Assembly: GCA_044226625.1 (NCBI GenBank)
Contig: JBGAGQ010000003.1
Location: forward strand, 64,001 to 128,000
DNA length: 64,000 nucleotides
Origin: Thermoanaerobaculia bacterium
GTDB taxonomy: Bacteria > Acidobacteriota > Thermoanaerobaculia > Multivoradales > UBA5704
Direction: 5' to 3'
In this document: positions 17,995 to 28,183 of the stretch, one piece after another
Layout: every line of letters begins with the position of its first letter
Numbering within the stretch: the first letter of the stretch is position 1
The notes under the pieces: model-generated
Seen by the model: the letters and a program-made list of their open reading frames with translations, nothing else
Databases searched by the model: none
Told to the model about the DNA's origin: nothing
Translations under genes and position numbers: made by a program

Positions 17995-18112
17995 CTTGGA
18001 TCTCCTCCGAGAGTGATGCCGCGAACATCCTATCGACGACGATCCTATCGCGAGCCGGCCGGCCGGCGCCGCGGGTTCTCGGGACCTCCCGCGATATGCT
18101 CTCGGCCGCGCC

Positions 18113-18907
18113 GTGCAGACCTACCTCGACCTCCTCCGCTACGTGCTCGACCATGGCGTCCCGAAGGGCGACCGGACGGGAACCGGCACGCTCTCGGTGT
18201 TCGGCTACCAGATGCGGTTCGACCTGGCGGCCGGCTTCCCCCTGGTCACCACGAAAAAGCTCCATCTCAAATCGATCGTCCACGAGCTGCTCTGGTTCCT
18301 CGCCGGCCGGACCGACGTCGCCTGGCTCAACGAGCGCGGCGTGACGATCTGGGACGAATGGGCCGACGAGCGCGGGGATCTCGGTCCGATCTACGGCCGT
18401 CAGTGGCGCTCGTGGCCCGCGCCGGACGGCTCGACGATCGATCAGATCTCGCGAATCATCGAGCAGATCCAGAAGGATCCCAACTCCCGCCGCCTGGTCG
18501 TCTCGGCTTGGAACGTGGGCGAGCTCGACCGGATGCGCCTCGCCCCCTGCCACGCGCTGTTCCAATTCTGGGTCGGCGGGGGCAAGCTCTCCTGTCAGCT
18601 CTACCAGCGGAGTGCCGACCTCTTCCTCGGCGTGCCGTTCAACATCGCCTCCTATGCGCTACTCACGTCGATGGTGGCGCAGGTCTGCGGCCTCGCCCCC
18701 GGCGATTTCGTGCACACCCTCGGCGACGCCCACCTCTACGCGAACCATCTCGACGCGGCCCGGCTCCAGCTCTCCCGGGCGCCGCGGCCGGCGCCCCGCC
18801 TCGAGCTCAACCCGAACGTGCGCTCGATCTTCGACTTCCGGTTCGAGGACGTCGCGATCCACGGCTACGACCCCTACCCCTCGATTCCGGCCCCGATCGC
18901 GGTCTGA
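18113..18907 (+). CDS. thyA: Thymidylate synthase
   Basis: [51 protein letters not shown]. Confidence 0.98.
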   Translation: MQTYLDLLRYVLDHGVPKGDRTGTGTLSVFGYQMRFDLAAGFPLVTTKKLHLKSIVHELLWFLAGRTDVAWLNERGVTIWDEWADERGDLGPIYGRQWRSWPAPDGSTIDQISRIIEQIQKDPNSRRLVVSAWNVGELDRMRLAPCHALFQFWVGGGKLSCQLYQRSADLFLGVPFNIASYALLTSMVAQVCGLAPGDFVHTLGDAHLYANHLDAARLQLSRAPRPAPRLELNPNVRSIFDFRFEDVAIHGYDPYPSIPAPIAV

Positions 18908-18935
18908 GCCGCGCGTACCCGTTCAGTCGACCTGC

Positions 18936-19451
18936 TTGAAGACCACCATCATCGCCGCGATCGCCGCCAACCGGACGATCGGAGTCGTGCGCGACGGCCG
19001 CGCGGACGTCCCTTGGCATCTGCCGGAGGATCTGCGGCGGTTCAAACGGCGCACCCTCGGCCATACCGTCGTGATGGGGCGGGCGACTTGGGACTCGATC
19101 GGCGCCAAGCCTCTGCCAAGGAGGACCAACGTCGTGCTCTCGCGGAACCCCGCCTTCGCGGCCCCGGGAGCGCGCGTCGTGACCGGCCTCTCGCAGGCGT
19201 TCGACATCGGCCGCGAGCTGGGCGACGACGAGCTCTTCGTCGCCGGCGGCGCGCACATCTACCGCGAGGCGCTCCCCCGGGTCGACCAGCTCGATCTCAC
19301 GCTCATCGACCGGGACTTTCCCGGCGACACCTTCTTCCCGGAGGTCGATTGGAGCGCCTGGCGGCGGATCGAGAACGACCCGCGGCCCGCGGAAGACGGC
19401 GCGCCCGCCTTCGCCTTTACCCTCTGGGAACGGCGAGATCCCACCCGGTGA
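18936..19451 (+). CDS. folA: Dihydrofolate reductase
   Basis: PWHLPEDL..FK..T, VMGR.TW.SI, PLP.R.N.VLSR, GGA.IY, GDTFFP; probable TTG start. Confidence 0.93.
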   Translation: MKTTIIAAIAANRTIGVVRDGRADVPWHLPEDLRRFKRRTLGHTVVMGRATWDSIGAKPLPRRTNVVLSRNPAFAAPGARVVTGLSQAFDIGRELGDDELFVAGGAHIYREALPRVDQLDLTLIDRDFPGDTFFPEVDWSAWRRIENDPRPAEDGAPAFAFTLWERRDPTR

Positions 19452-20017
19452 CTTCGGATCGAGCAGCGCGGACAAGACCGGCGGGCCGACGCGGCACGGC
19501 CTGTCGCACGGTCCCGAGGCTCGCCGCCTTCCTGATCCTCGCCGGCACCATGGTCTCGATGGGCTCCTGCGCTCTGCGCGGCTCCCGCTCCACCGACGAA
19601 GTGGATCGGGTCAAGGTCTTCCTCATCGCCCCGGGCGGCGCGGTCGACGACTGCCGCGACGACCGGGCGACGGCGGTCGAGGTGATCCTTCCCCGGCGCC
19701 AGCCGGCGCTCGAAGGGGCGCTCTCGGCGCTGCTGCGCAAACGGGAGCGGATCGACACCCGGAGCGGCCTGGTCAATGCCCTCTATGCCTCGCCGCTTCG
19801 CCTGCGCACGATCGAGCGGAGCGAAAACGGCGCGCGGATCCACCTCGACGGCTATCTCGAGCTGGGCAACGGATGCGACGCCACGCGCCTGCGCCTGCAG
19901 CTCGAGCGGACGGCCGGCCAGTTCCGCGACCTCGACCGGTTCGATATGGATGTCGGCGGCCGCCCGCTCGAGGAGCTGCTCGCTGAAGCCGAGCGCAAGA
20001 GCCCGGGAGGCGCCTAA
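19448..20017 (+). CDS. GerMN-domain lipoprotein
   Basis: GTG overlaps the folA stop; lipobox-like MGSC; V.VFLI, ALSALL, G.CD...QL..TA.QF pattern. Confidence 0.6.
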   Translation: MTSDRAARTRPAGRRGTACRTVPRLAAFLILAGTMVSMGSCALRGSRSTDEVDRVKVFLIAPGGAVDDCRDDRATAVEVILPRRQPALEGALSALLRKRERIDTRSGLVNALYASPLRLRTIERSENGARIHLDGYLELGNGCDATRLRLQLERTAGQFRDLDRFDMDVGGRPLEELLAEAERKSPGGA

Positions 20018-20040
20018 CTCCAGGCGCGCGTGCGCGAAGA

Positions 20041-20350
20041 AGGAATCGTTTTTTAACCCGGAGAACGAAATTTTAACTCCAGGAACCGTTTTTTAAGTCC
20101 GGGAATCGTTTTTTAAGTCCGGGAATCGTTTTTCGGGACTGATTTTTGAATTTTGATCCGGCGGAATGAATTTTCAGCTCCAGAATTCAAATTTTAAGGT
20201 CAGGAATCGATTTTTACTGTGGAAAATCGATTTTCCAGGTCGAAAAACGATTCCTGGACTTAAAAAACGATTCCCGGAGTTAAAAAACGATTCTGGGAGC
20301 TAAAAAATGATTCCCCCGGATCAGAATTCATTCTCCTGGATCAGGAATCG
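20041..20350. repeat. AT-rich array of about 15 degenerate 20-bp units arranged as a large inverted repeat
   Basis: Unit RGGAATCGTTTTTTAAGTCC tandem at 20041-20135; reverse-complement copies at 20241-20320; internal perfect palindrome GGAAAATCGATTTTCC at 20221-20236. Confidence 0.9.
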
Positions 20351-20417
20351 CGCGGGAAGCTCCCGAAGCGTTCTCGGCGCTGGGATTTCGATTTCTCGCG
20401 TCGCGCGGAATTCCCGG

Positions 20418-21590
20418 CTATCCGGCGATCTCGATCCGATTGCGCCCGCCGTTCTTCGCCGAGTAGAGGCGCCGGTCGGCGATCGCGAACAGCTGGTCCC
20501 AATCGGACCCCTCGTTCGGAAACAGGGCGAGCCCGCCGCTCACCGTGAGCCCCAGGGTGAGAGAGCCGTGCTCGAGCGCGGTTCCGGCGACCCTCGAACG
20601 GAGCCCCTCGGCCGCCGTCGCGACATCGTCGTTCGGCTCGAGATCGAGCAGCGCCACGAACTCCTCCCCTCCGAGCCGGCCGATCACGTCGGTCTGGCGC
20701 TTCTGGGCCGACAATGTGGCGGCGAGGTGGCGTAAGGCGGCGTCCCCGACGACGTGCCCGTGGGTGTCGTTCACCCGCTTGAAGTGGTCGACGTCGATCA
20801 CCGCGACTCCAAGGAGGCGTCGGTCGCGCGTCGCGCGCGCCGACGCCTCGCGAAACCGTTCGAGCGTCGCCCGCCGATTCGGTAGGCCGGTGAGCGGGTC
20901 GAAATCGGCCAGCCGCCGGTAGGCGGCCTCCTTTTTCCGGACCTCGACCCAGAGCAATCCCAGCGTCGCCGCGACCGCGTTGACGATCTGGGCGATCCCG
21001 AACAGTGCGACGATCAAGTCGGCCCGATCGCGGTCGTTGCTACCGCCGATCGACTCCCAGATTGCAACCATCCGGAGCGACCAGACCGCGACGCTCGAAG
21101 CGAAGATCGCGGCGAGGAACCGCGCCGCACCCACCGCCTCCGGGGGCGGCTCGCGCAGCAGGACCCAGGTCGCGATCACGAACAGGACGTTGGCGATCGG
21201 CGCCGGAGCGAGGATGTCGACCAGGACGATCGGCTGCGGCCGGAGATGGTTCACCACGATCGGCAGCACCGACGCCGCGACGGCGATCGCCGTCCAACGA
21301 CGGTTCAGCCGAAACCGGGTGTGACTCAGGGCCCCTTCGATCGCGAGCACCGGTGCGAACGTGATCAGCGAATTGCCGACGACCTTGCGTAGGCCGAACG
21401 GCAAGAAATCCGGGAGCGTGATCAGGATCCCCACCGAATAAACCAATAGCCCGAGCCCCCACAGCCGGAGGGCTCTCGACTTCGAATCGTCCCGCTCGCC
21501 GAGCGATCCGCGGGCCACGACGAGACAGAGCACTCCGAGCAGGACGTTCAGGATCAACAGCGCAAGGAGCATCGTGCTGGCGCGGGACAT
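20418..21590 (-). CDS. Membrane-bound diguanylate cyclase (GGDEF)
   Basis: About 7 TM helices, DPLTGLPNRR, DVDHFKRVND.HGH..GD, RLGGEEF, AK..GRN. Confidence 0.92.
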   Translation of the reverse strand: MSRASTMLLALLILNVLLGVLCLVVARGSLGERDDSKSRALRLWGLGLLVYSVGILITLPDFLPFGLRKVVGNSLITFAPVLAIEGALSHTRFRLNRRWTAIAVAASVLPIVVNHLRPQPIVLVDILAPAPIANVLFVIATWVLLREPPPEAVGAARFLAAIFASSVAVWSLRMVAIWESIGGSNDRDRADLIVALFGIAQIVNAVAATLGLLWVEVRKKEAAYRRLADFDPLTGLPNRRATLERFREASARATRDRRLLGVAVIDVDHFKRVNDTHGHVVGDAALRHLAATLSAQKRQTDVIGRLGGEEFVALLDLEPNDDVATAAEGLRSRVAGTALEHGSLTLGLTVSGGLALFPNEGSDWDQLFAIADRRLYSAKNGGRNRIEIAG

Positions 21591-21740
21591 GATCTCTCCG
21601 GACTCCGAAACCCGGGAAGTCTAGCCGTACTACCGCTCGTGCATCGACGTTGTCTCGAGGACCGGTGCCCGACCGGACGCCCAGGGAGAATCGGGAGACG
21701 CCGGCTGCCGTTTGGCGCCAGCGGGTAGCCGCTGTATCCT

Positions 21741-22559
21741 ATGCGGACGTCTATGCGGATCCGGACCCTGTGGCTCTCGTTCGCCGCAATCCTGGCAGCC
21801 CACGCGGCGGCCGGGGCGCCAGCGGCGACGCCAGGGACCCCGATGAGCCCGCTGGCACCGACACCCGTCGGTGGGGATCGCGCGCTGCAGCTCTACGCGC
21901 CGTCCGAAAACGTGCCGATGATCGGAGGCGAGTCCGCGCAGCTCGACCTCGGGACGCTGTCCACGTACCTGGACGATCCGCGCGTGACCGAATGGGAGGC
22001 CTTCCTCTCGCTCGACGACGGCGTCACCTACCCGATCCGCATCACTCCGCACCTCGATCGCGATCTGCGGCGGATCTCGTGGCTGGTCCCCGAGCTGCCG
22101 ACCCGCACAGCGCGCCTGCTGCTCCGGTTCGGCGATGAAAAGAATGAAACCTCGGTCGAGATTCCTCGTCGTTTCGTGATCCTGGCGGCGGTCAACGGGC
22201 CCCGTCTCGCGGCGAGCCGAAGCCTCGTCACCCCGTCGTATCGAGTCGGCGAATCGGCGCGTCCGGGGGATCCCGGCGTGGTCCGATGGGTCGAGGGGTC
22301 CCGCCAAGGGGGCGAGCTGGTCCCGGTCGAATCCGTGACCCCCGATCTGGCCGAGCGCCTGCGTCTCCCCGGGGCTCCGCAAGAGCTCGATCCGAGGGTG
22401 CTCGAACCGCCGGACCGCTCGGGTAAGGACCGCTTCGCCGCGGCCGCGGAACGGCTCGCCTTCGTCCCGGGGACTTCCCGGCCCGTCCCCGCACGCCCGG
22501 AGCGGCCGGCCTATCCCCCTCTGTCCCCTCTCCTCCAGACGCTCCGTTTGAACCAGTGA
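21741..22559 (+). CDS. Secreted hypothetical protein upstream of the TonB receptor
   Basis: Signal peptide; WEAFLSLDDGVTYP.RIT; Pro-rich C-terminus; start may be 21753. Confidence 0.6.
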   Translation: MRTSMRIRTLWLSFAAILAAHAAAGAPAATPGTPMSPLAPTPVGGDRALQLYAPSENVPMIGGESAQLDLGTLSTYLDDPRVTEWEAFLSLDDGVTYPIRITPHLDRDLRRISWLVPELPTRTARLLLRFGDEKNETSVEIPRRFVILAAVNGPRLAASRSLVTPSYRVGESARPGDPGVVRWVEGSRQGGELVPVESVTPDLAERLRLPGAPQELDPRVLEPPDRSGKDRFAAAAERLAFVPGTSRPVPARPERPAYPPLSPLLQTLRLNQ

Positions 22560-22694
22560 GAAGGCCGCGGACCTAGGTGCCGCGCCCTTTCCCCTGATCG
22601 AACGCACCCTTCGAGGACCGCGGCTCCGTGGTGGAGCTCCGGCTACCTCGCTTGGGAGAGTGTCCTACGTATTTTCCAATCGAGGAGATGTGAC

Positions 22695-24827
22695 ATGCGT
22701 TTCACGAACCTTCGCGGCGGGGTCTCCCTGTCGCTCGCTTTCTCCACCGTCTTCGCACTGGCCGGTTCGGTCCGGCTGACCGCCCAAGAGGAAACCCCTA
22801 CCGTCGAGGAAACCGTCCAGGTCACCGCGACGCGGATCCCCGAAGACGTCCAGTCCGTTCCGGCCTCGATCACCGTCGTCTCCGGCGAGGAGCTCGCCGA
22901 GCGAGGGATCACCAACCTCACGGGCGCTCTGGCGCTGGTCGCCGGCGTCGCGATCCCCCCCGGCGGCGACGGTGGTCCCGCCGGCTCCGTGCCGGAGATC
23001 TGGGGCCTTCGGGAGTTCGACGCGTTCCTGCTCGTGGTCGACGGCGTGCCGGCCGGCGGCGCCTTCAATCCGGCGCTCGTCTCGCTCGACCTCACCGACG
23101 TCGAGCGGATCGAGGTCATGCGCGGCGCCGCGCCCGTGATGTACGGAGCGACCTCGTTCGTCGGCGTCATCCACGTGATCCATCGCCAGGCGGGAACCCG
23201 CAAGGACAGCACGGGTGACTATCGCCTCGGCCTGGGCAATTACGGCAGCGGCCTCGCGGCGATTTCGCTCGACCTGCCCGCCCTCGGCGGCTATCAGCAG
23301 TCGCTGACCGTGAACGGCGAGCGGCGCGGCTTCAAGGACGACGATACCGGCTTCGACCGCGGCCACATCCTCTACCGCGGCCGGGGCCAGGCCGCGGGCG
23401 GCGACTTCCGCCTCGACTTCGACGGCTCGGTGGTCAACCAGGATCCGGCGAGCCCGCACATCCGCCAGGGCCGGGTGCTCACGTCCCTCACGCCGCTCGA
23501 CGCGAACCACAATCCGAGCGACGCCAAGATCGACGAGAACCGATTCCAGCTCACGGGCGGATATGACAAGAACCTCGCCAACGGCCGCTGGTCGACCACC
23601 CTCGCGTTCACCCACACGAAGAAGGAGACCGTTCGCGGCTTCCTCCTCGGCCTCTCGAACGTCGGCGACAACGCTGAGGGATTCGAGCAGGACCTCACGC
23701 TCACCGACATCTATTTCGACACCCACTGGGAGGCGAAGCTCGCCCCTTCGCTCCAGATCGTCGCCGGCCTCGACCACATGTACGGCAAGGGCGAGGCCGA
23801 TTCCGAGACCTTCGGCTACCACGTGAACCTGAACGGCACGGGTGCCGAGAGGAGCAACGCGGTCGAGCACGAGATGGCGTTCGACTCGGAGGACGAGCGC
23901 AACTTCACCGGCGTCTACGCCAACTTCGACTGGAATCCCGCGCCGCGCTGGCACCTCCTGCTCGGAGCCCGGATCAACCGGACGGCCGAGGACATCGAGG
24001 CCGGAGAAGAGGAGCTCGACGGCCCGGACGCCGGAGAAGAGGAAGAGGGGGGCAGCGCCAGCCGCACCACCACCCGCGGCAGCGGCATGGTCGGCGTCAA
24101 CTTCCTCGCCTGGAGCAAGGACAACGGCGACGGCCTCTGGCTCTTCGCCGACGCGCGCGACGCCTTCAAGCCTGCGGCGCTCGACTTCGGCCCCGAGGCC
24201 GAAGCCGACATCCTGGAGCCCGAGACGGCCCGAAGCTACGAGATCGGCGCCAAGGGGCAATTGCTCGACGGACGGCTCGAGTTCGAAGTCTCGGCCTTCC
24301 GGATGGATTTCGAGAACCTGATCATCTCGGTCGACGAGGACGGCCAGCCCGGTCTCGCCAACGGCGGCAAGCAGCGGTTCAAGGGCGAGGAAATCGAGGT
24401 CCGCTATCGCCTGTTCCCCGACCTTCGCGCCGTAGCCACCTATGCCCGCCACAGCTCGAAGTTCATCGATTTCGTCCAGGATTTCGACGGCGTCCTCACC
24501 CAGCTCGCCGGCAAGCGGCTGGAGATGGCACCCGAGAAGCTCGCCTCCTGGGGCTTGACCTATAGCCCGAAGACCGGCTTCAACGCCTACGCGCTCGGCA
24601 GCTACACCGGGGACCGCTTCCTCAACAAGCGTAATACCGCCCTCGCCGAGGCCTACACGACTTGGGCCGCCGGAATCGGCTACCGGATCGGCCGGAGCGA
24701 GCTGCGCCTCGACGGCGAAAACCTGACGGACGAGCGTCCGCCGATCGCTGAAAGCGAGCTTGGCGACGCCCAGTACTACCGCCTGCCGGCACGCAGCTAC
24801 CTGCTGAGCTGGCAGAGCCGGTTCTAG
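22695..24827 (+). CDS. TonB-dependent outer-membrane receptor
   Basis: TonB box ETVQVTATR, plug VERIEVMRG...YG....GVI, LEPE....YEIG.K, terminal Phe; GAGGAG RBS. Confidence 0.95.
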   Translation: MRFTNLRGGVSLSLAFSTVFALAGSVRLTAQEETPTVEETVQVTATRIPEDVQSVPASITVVSGEELAERGITNLTGALALVAGVAIPPGGDGGPAGSVPEIWGLREFDAFLLVVDGVPAGGAFNPALVSLDLTDVERIEVMRGAAPVMYGATSFVGVIHVIHRQAGTRKDSTGDYRLGLGNYGSGLAAISLDLPALGGYQQSLTVNGERRGFKDDDTGFDRGHILYRGRGQAAGGDFRLDFDGSVVNQDPASPHIRQGRVLTSLTPLDANHNPSDAKIDENRFQLTGGYDKNLANGRWSTTLAFTHTKKETVRGFLLGLSNVGDNAEGFEQDLTLTDIYFDTHWEAKLAPSLQIVAGLDHMYGKGEADSETFGYHVNLNGTGAERSNAVEHEMAFDSEDERNFTGVYANFDWNPAPRWHLLLGARINRTAEDIEAGEEELDGPDAGEEEEGGSASRTTTRGSGMVGVNFLAWSKDNGDGLWLFADARDAFKPAALDFGPEAEADILEPETARSYEIGAKGQLLDGRLEFEVSAFRMDFENLIISVDEDGQPGLANGGKQRFKGEEIEVRYRLFPDLRAVATYARHSSKFIDFVQDFDGVLTQLAGKRLEMAPEKLASWGLTYSPKTGFNAYALGSYTGDRFLNKRNTALAEAYTTWAAGIGYRIGRSELRLDGENLTDERPPIAESELGDAQYYRLPARSYLLSWQSRF

Positions 24828-24843
24828 ACCTTCCCACGTGGTG

Positions 24844-24884
24844 GCCGCCTCCGGTTCTGACCCGTCCTAGGAACCGGGGGCGGC
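24844..24884 (+). terminator. Probable terminator after the TonB receptor
   Basis: GCCGCCTCCGGTTC...GAACCGGGGGCGGC stem followed by GTTGTT. Confidence 0.6.
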
Positions 24885-25011
24885 GTTGTTCGCGGGCCTC
24901 GGCCCGGTCGGCTCGATCCCCACGCCTTCAGAAGCTCCCGGCTCCATCCGCCGAAACCTTCGTCGCTCCCTCCCGTAAGGTTATTTGTACCCTAACGTCG
25001 AGGAGGCGTCG

Positions 25012-25365
25012 GTGCCGAACGACCCCACATTCCAACCTCTCAAGCCGGTCGACTTGATCGTCCTCCTCGCACTCGCCGAGGGAGATCGGCACGGTTACGC
25101 CCTCTCCCAGGAGATCGAGCGACGCACCGACGGAACCGTTCGCCTGGAAGCGGGAAACCTCTATCGGACCCTACGCCGGCTGCTGGCCGAAGGACTGATC
25201 GGGGAAGCCGGCCGACGGCCGAGCGAGAACGACGACGACCGCCGCAACTACTTCTCGATCACGCCGCACGGCATCCGGGCGGCTCGGGCCGAGGTGAAGC
25301 GGCTGTCCACGCTGCTCGGCTCGGCGGCCGTCCAGGCGCTGCACCAGCGGGCGGAGCCGACGTGA
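25012..25365 (+). CDS. PadR family transcriptional regulator
   Basis: LLALAEG.RHGYAL..EI, G.LYR.L.RL...GLI, RR.Y..IT..G; GAGGAGG RBS before GTG. Confidence 0.92.
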   Translation: MPNDPTFQPLKPVDLIVLLALAEGDRHGYALSQEIERRTDGTVRLEAGNLYRTLRRLLAEGLIGEAGRRPSENDDDRRNYFSITPHGIRAARAEVKRLSTLLGSAAVQALHQRAEPT

Positions 25366-28097
25366 GCAATCGCCGCGTCCTCTCCGAAGCGGTCTACCGA
25401 CTCCTCCTCCGGCTCTATCCCGCCCGATTTCGCCGCGAGGCGGAGAGTTTCCTCGTCGAGTTCTTCCGCGACCAGCTCCGCTCGGCCCGGAGTCGGCGGT
25501 TCGGCATCCTCCGGCTATGGACCCGAGCGGTCCCCGACCTCTTGGCTTCGGCCTGCCTCGAACGCGCCTCGGCGATGCGGGAGTTGTTCTCCGCGCCGAC
25601 CATCCCACGAACCCGACCCGGAGATTCCGCCATGAGCGTCTTCCTCCTCGAGCTCCGCTACGCGCTTCGCCTGCTGCGCCAGGCTCCCTTTTTCACCCTC
25701 GTCGCGGGGCTCGTCATCGCGCTCGGAATCGGCGCGGTGACGACGATCTTCAGCGCCGCCAACGGCCTCGCGTTCCGGCCGCTGCCGGGGACGCACGAAC
25801 CGGACCGGCTGGTCGAAATCCATCGGTCGGACGCGGAAGGGCGCGGCTCGCACTCGGCGTCCTACCCCTATTACCGGGCGCTCTCCGAGCGGTCGAATTC
25901 TCTTTCCGGGCTTGCGGCTTGGTCGATGCTCGCGCTGACCGTCCGGACCGAAGGGTCGGAGGGGACGCGGGCGCTCGGCAACATCGTCACCGGCAACTAC
26001 TTCGACGTGCTCGGCGTGCGTCCCGAGGCCGGGCGATTCTTCGTGCCCGAAGAGGACCGCGTTCCCGGAGCGCGGCCGGTGGTAGTGCTCAGCCATGCCT
26101 GTTGGAGCCGCGCGTTCGGCGGCGACCCCGGGGCGATCGGCCGGTCGATCTCGCTCAACGGTCATCCGTTCACCGTCGTGGGAGTCGCGCCGCGCGGATT
26201 CCACGGCGTCTTCGCCGCTCTCTCGACCGACGTCTGGGTGCCGATGATGATGCAGGCGGAGGTGCGCGGCACCGGAGACATGCTCTCCTCGGCGGGCACC
26301 TCCTGGTTGGAGCTCATCGGCCGGCGACGCGCCGGCATCGACGCCACCCAAGTTCGGGCGGAGCTCTCCGCCGCTACCGCGGCGTTCGCGGGGAAAGCCG
26401 AGCCGGCCGACCTCGGCCGCCTGTCGAGCGTCGCCGTGCATCCGCTGGGCGCTCTCCCCTCCGAAGCGAACGGGGCGTTCTTGAGCTTCCTCGCACTGCT
26501 GCTGGGCGCCTCCGGCCTGGTGCTCGCGATCGCGAGCGTCAACGTCGCCGGCATGCTGCTCGCTCGGGCCACCGCGAGGCGGCGCGAGATCCTCGTCCGA
26601 CTTTCGCTCGGGGCGTCGCGCGCCCGCGTCGTCCGTCAGCTGCTGATCGAGAGCGTGACGCTGTTCGGGCTCGGCTCGGCCGGCGGCATCCTGCTCGCCG
26701 AGTGGGGCACGCGGGCGCTCGAGCGCATCCCGATCCCGGTCGACGTCCCGATCTCGCTCGAAATGACACCCGATCTCCGAGTTCTCGCGTTCGCGGTCGC
26801 CACTGCGCTCCTTTCCGGCCTCCTCTTCGGCCTGGTGCCGGCGCTCGAAGGGACCCGCCTCGACCTCGCCTCCCCCCTCCGCTCCGAGACACCGGGTGCC
26901 GGCAGGAAGCGCTCGCGGATGCGCAACGTCCTGGTGGTCGGCCAGATCTCCCTTTCCCTCCTGCTTCTAATCGCCGCGGGACTCTTCCTGCGCGCGCTCG
27001 AACGCGGCCAGCGCGTCGATCCCGGCTTCGACGCCACGAACGTCGCGACCGCTTCGTTCGATACCCGCACCTATGGCTACGGTGAGGAACGCGCCCGGCA
27101 GTTCTACGCCGACCTCAAGACCCGCCTCGCCGCCCGGCCCGGAGTGGAGGCGGTCTCGTACGCGCGGGTCCTGCCTCTCTCCGGAAATCGCACCGGCGAC
27201 GAGTTCCGCGTCGACCGCCCGGCCGGTCCATCGGATGAAGAAGGCGGGGAGCCGATCCTCTTCGCGCAGGTCGACGCCGACTATTTCCGAGTGCTCCATC
27301 TACCGCTGCTCGAAGGACGCGGATTCCAGGCGAGCGACGGGCCGCGAGCGGCCGGCGTGGTGATCGTGAACGAATCGTTCGCGCGCCGCTTTTACCCTGA
27401 CGGTCCCGCGCTCGGCCGAACGGTCTATCGCGGCAAGGACGCTCTCACCGTCGTCGGAGTCGCTCGCGACGCGAAGATCGCCTCGCTCTCCGAAGGCTCC
27501 GAGCCGTTCGTCTACGTGCCGATCGCTCAGAGCTTCAGCGCCGAGCTGAACCTGATGGTCCGCACGGCCCGATCGGTGAACACCGCGGCCGATCCCGGCG
27601 CGATCGCGGCGATGATCCGCGACGAGGTCCGCGCGCTCGACGCCGGTCTGCCGCGCGCCGAGGTGACTCCGCTCTCGGTGGTCGCCAGCCTCGCACTCCT
27701 GCCGCAACGGGTGGCCGCGATCGTCACCGGCCTCTTGGGGCTCGTCGGCCTTTTGCTCGCCGCGGTCGGACTCTACGGGGTGATCGCCTATTCGGTGAGC
27801 CAACGGGGGCGCGAGATCGGCGTCCGCATGGCGCTCGGCGCCACCGTCCGCGAAGTGGTCCGCATGGTACTCGGCGAGAGCGCCCGGTTCGTCGCGGCGG
27901 GCGTCGCGGTCGGCGTCTGCCTCGCGCTCGCGGCCACGTGGCTGATGAAGCCATTCCTGTTCGGCGTGAGCCCGACCGACGCCGTGACCTACCTCGCGGT
28001 CTCGGCGGTGCTCGCCGGCGTCGCGATGCTCGCGAGTTACCTCCCCGCGCGGCGCGCAGCGGCGGCCGATCCGATGGAGGTGCTGCGCACCGAATAG
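25362..28097 (+). CDS. Duplicated MacB/FtsX ABC permease (acidobacterial ADOP family)
   Basis: ELRYALR.L...PFFT, two MacB_PCD-FtsX halves, RREI.VR.SLGA and REIGVRMALGA, PARRAA..DP..VLR.E; overlaps the PadR stop. Confidence 0.92.
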   Translation: MSNRRVLSEAVYRLLLRLYPARFRREAESFLVEFFRDQLRSARSRRFGILRLWTRAVPDLLASACLERASAMRELFSAPTIPRTRPGDSAMSVFLLELRYALRLLRQAPFFTLVAGLVIALGIGAVTTIFSAANGLAFRPLPGTHEPDRLVEIHRSDAEGRGSHSASYPYYRALSERSNSLSGLAAWSMLALTVRTEGSEGTRALGNIVTGNYFDVLGVRPEAGRFFVPEEDRVPGARPVVVLSHACWSRAFGGDPGAIGRSISLNGHPFTVVGVAPRGFHGVFAALSTDVWVPMMMQAEVRGTGDMLSSAGTSWLELIGRRRAGIDATQVRAELSAATAAFAGKAEPADLGRLSSVAVHPLGALPSEANGAFLSFLALLLGASGLVLAIASVNVAGMLLARATARRREILVRLSLGASRARVVRQLLIESVTLFGLGSAGGILLAEWGTRALERIPIPVDVPISLEMTPDLRVLAFAVATALLSGLLFGLVPALEGTRLDLASPLRSETPGAGRKRSRMRNVLVVGQISLSLLLLIAAGLFLRALERGQRVDPGFDATNVATASFDTRTYGYGEERARQFYADLKTRLAARPGVEAVSYARVLPLSGNRTGDEFRVDRPAGPSDEEGGEPILFAQVDADYFRVLHLPLLEGRGFQASDGPRAAGVVIVNESFARRFYPDGPALGRTVYRGKDALTVVGVARDAKIASLSEGSEPFVYVPIAQSFSAELNLMVRTARSVNTAADPGAIAAMIRDEVRALDAGLPRAEVTPLSVVASLALLPQRVAAIVTGLLGLVGLLLAAVGLYGVIAYSVSQRGREIGVRMALGATVREVVRMVLGESARFVAAGVAVGVCLALAATWLMKPFLFGVSPTDAVTYLAVSAVLAGVAMLASYLPARRAAAADPMEVLRTE

Positions 28098-28183
28098 GCC
28101 GAGCCGGGCGGACTCGATCGCTATCGACACCGCGCATCGACACGAATGACGGAATGCGGGCCCGGTGCTAGGTTGCCCGCATC

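Noticed and set aside
20041-20350. CRISPR array
   Set aside because: Units are contiguous 20-mers without unique spacers, orientation inverts midway, and no cas genes are present.
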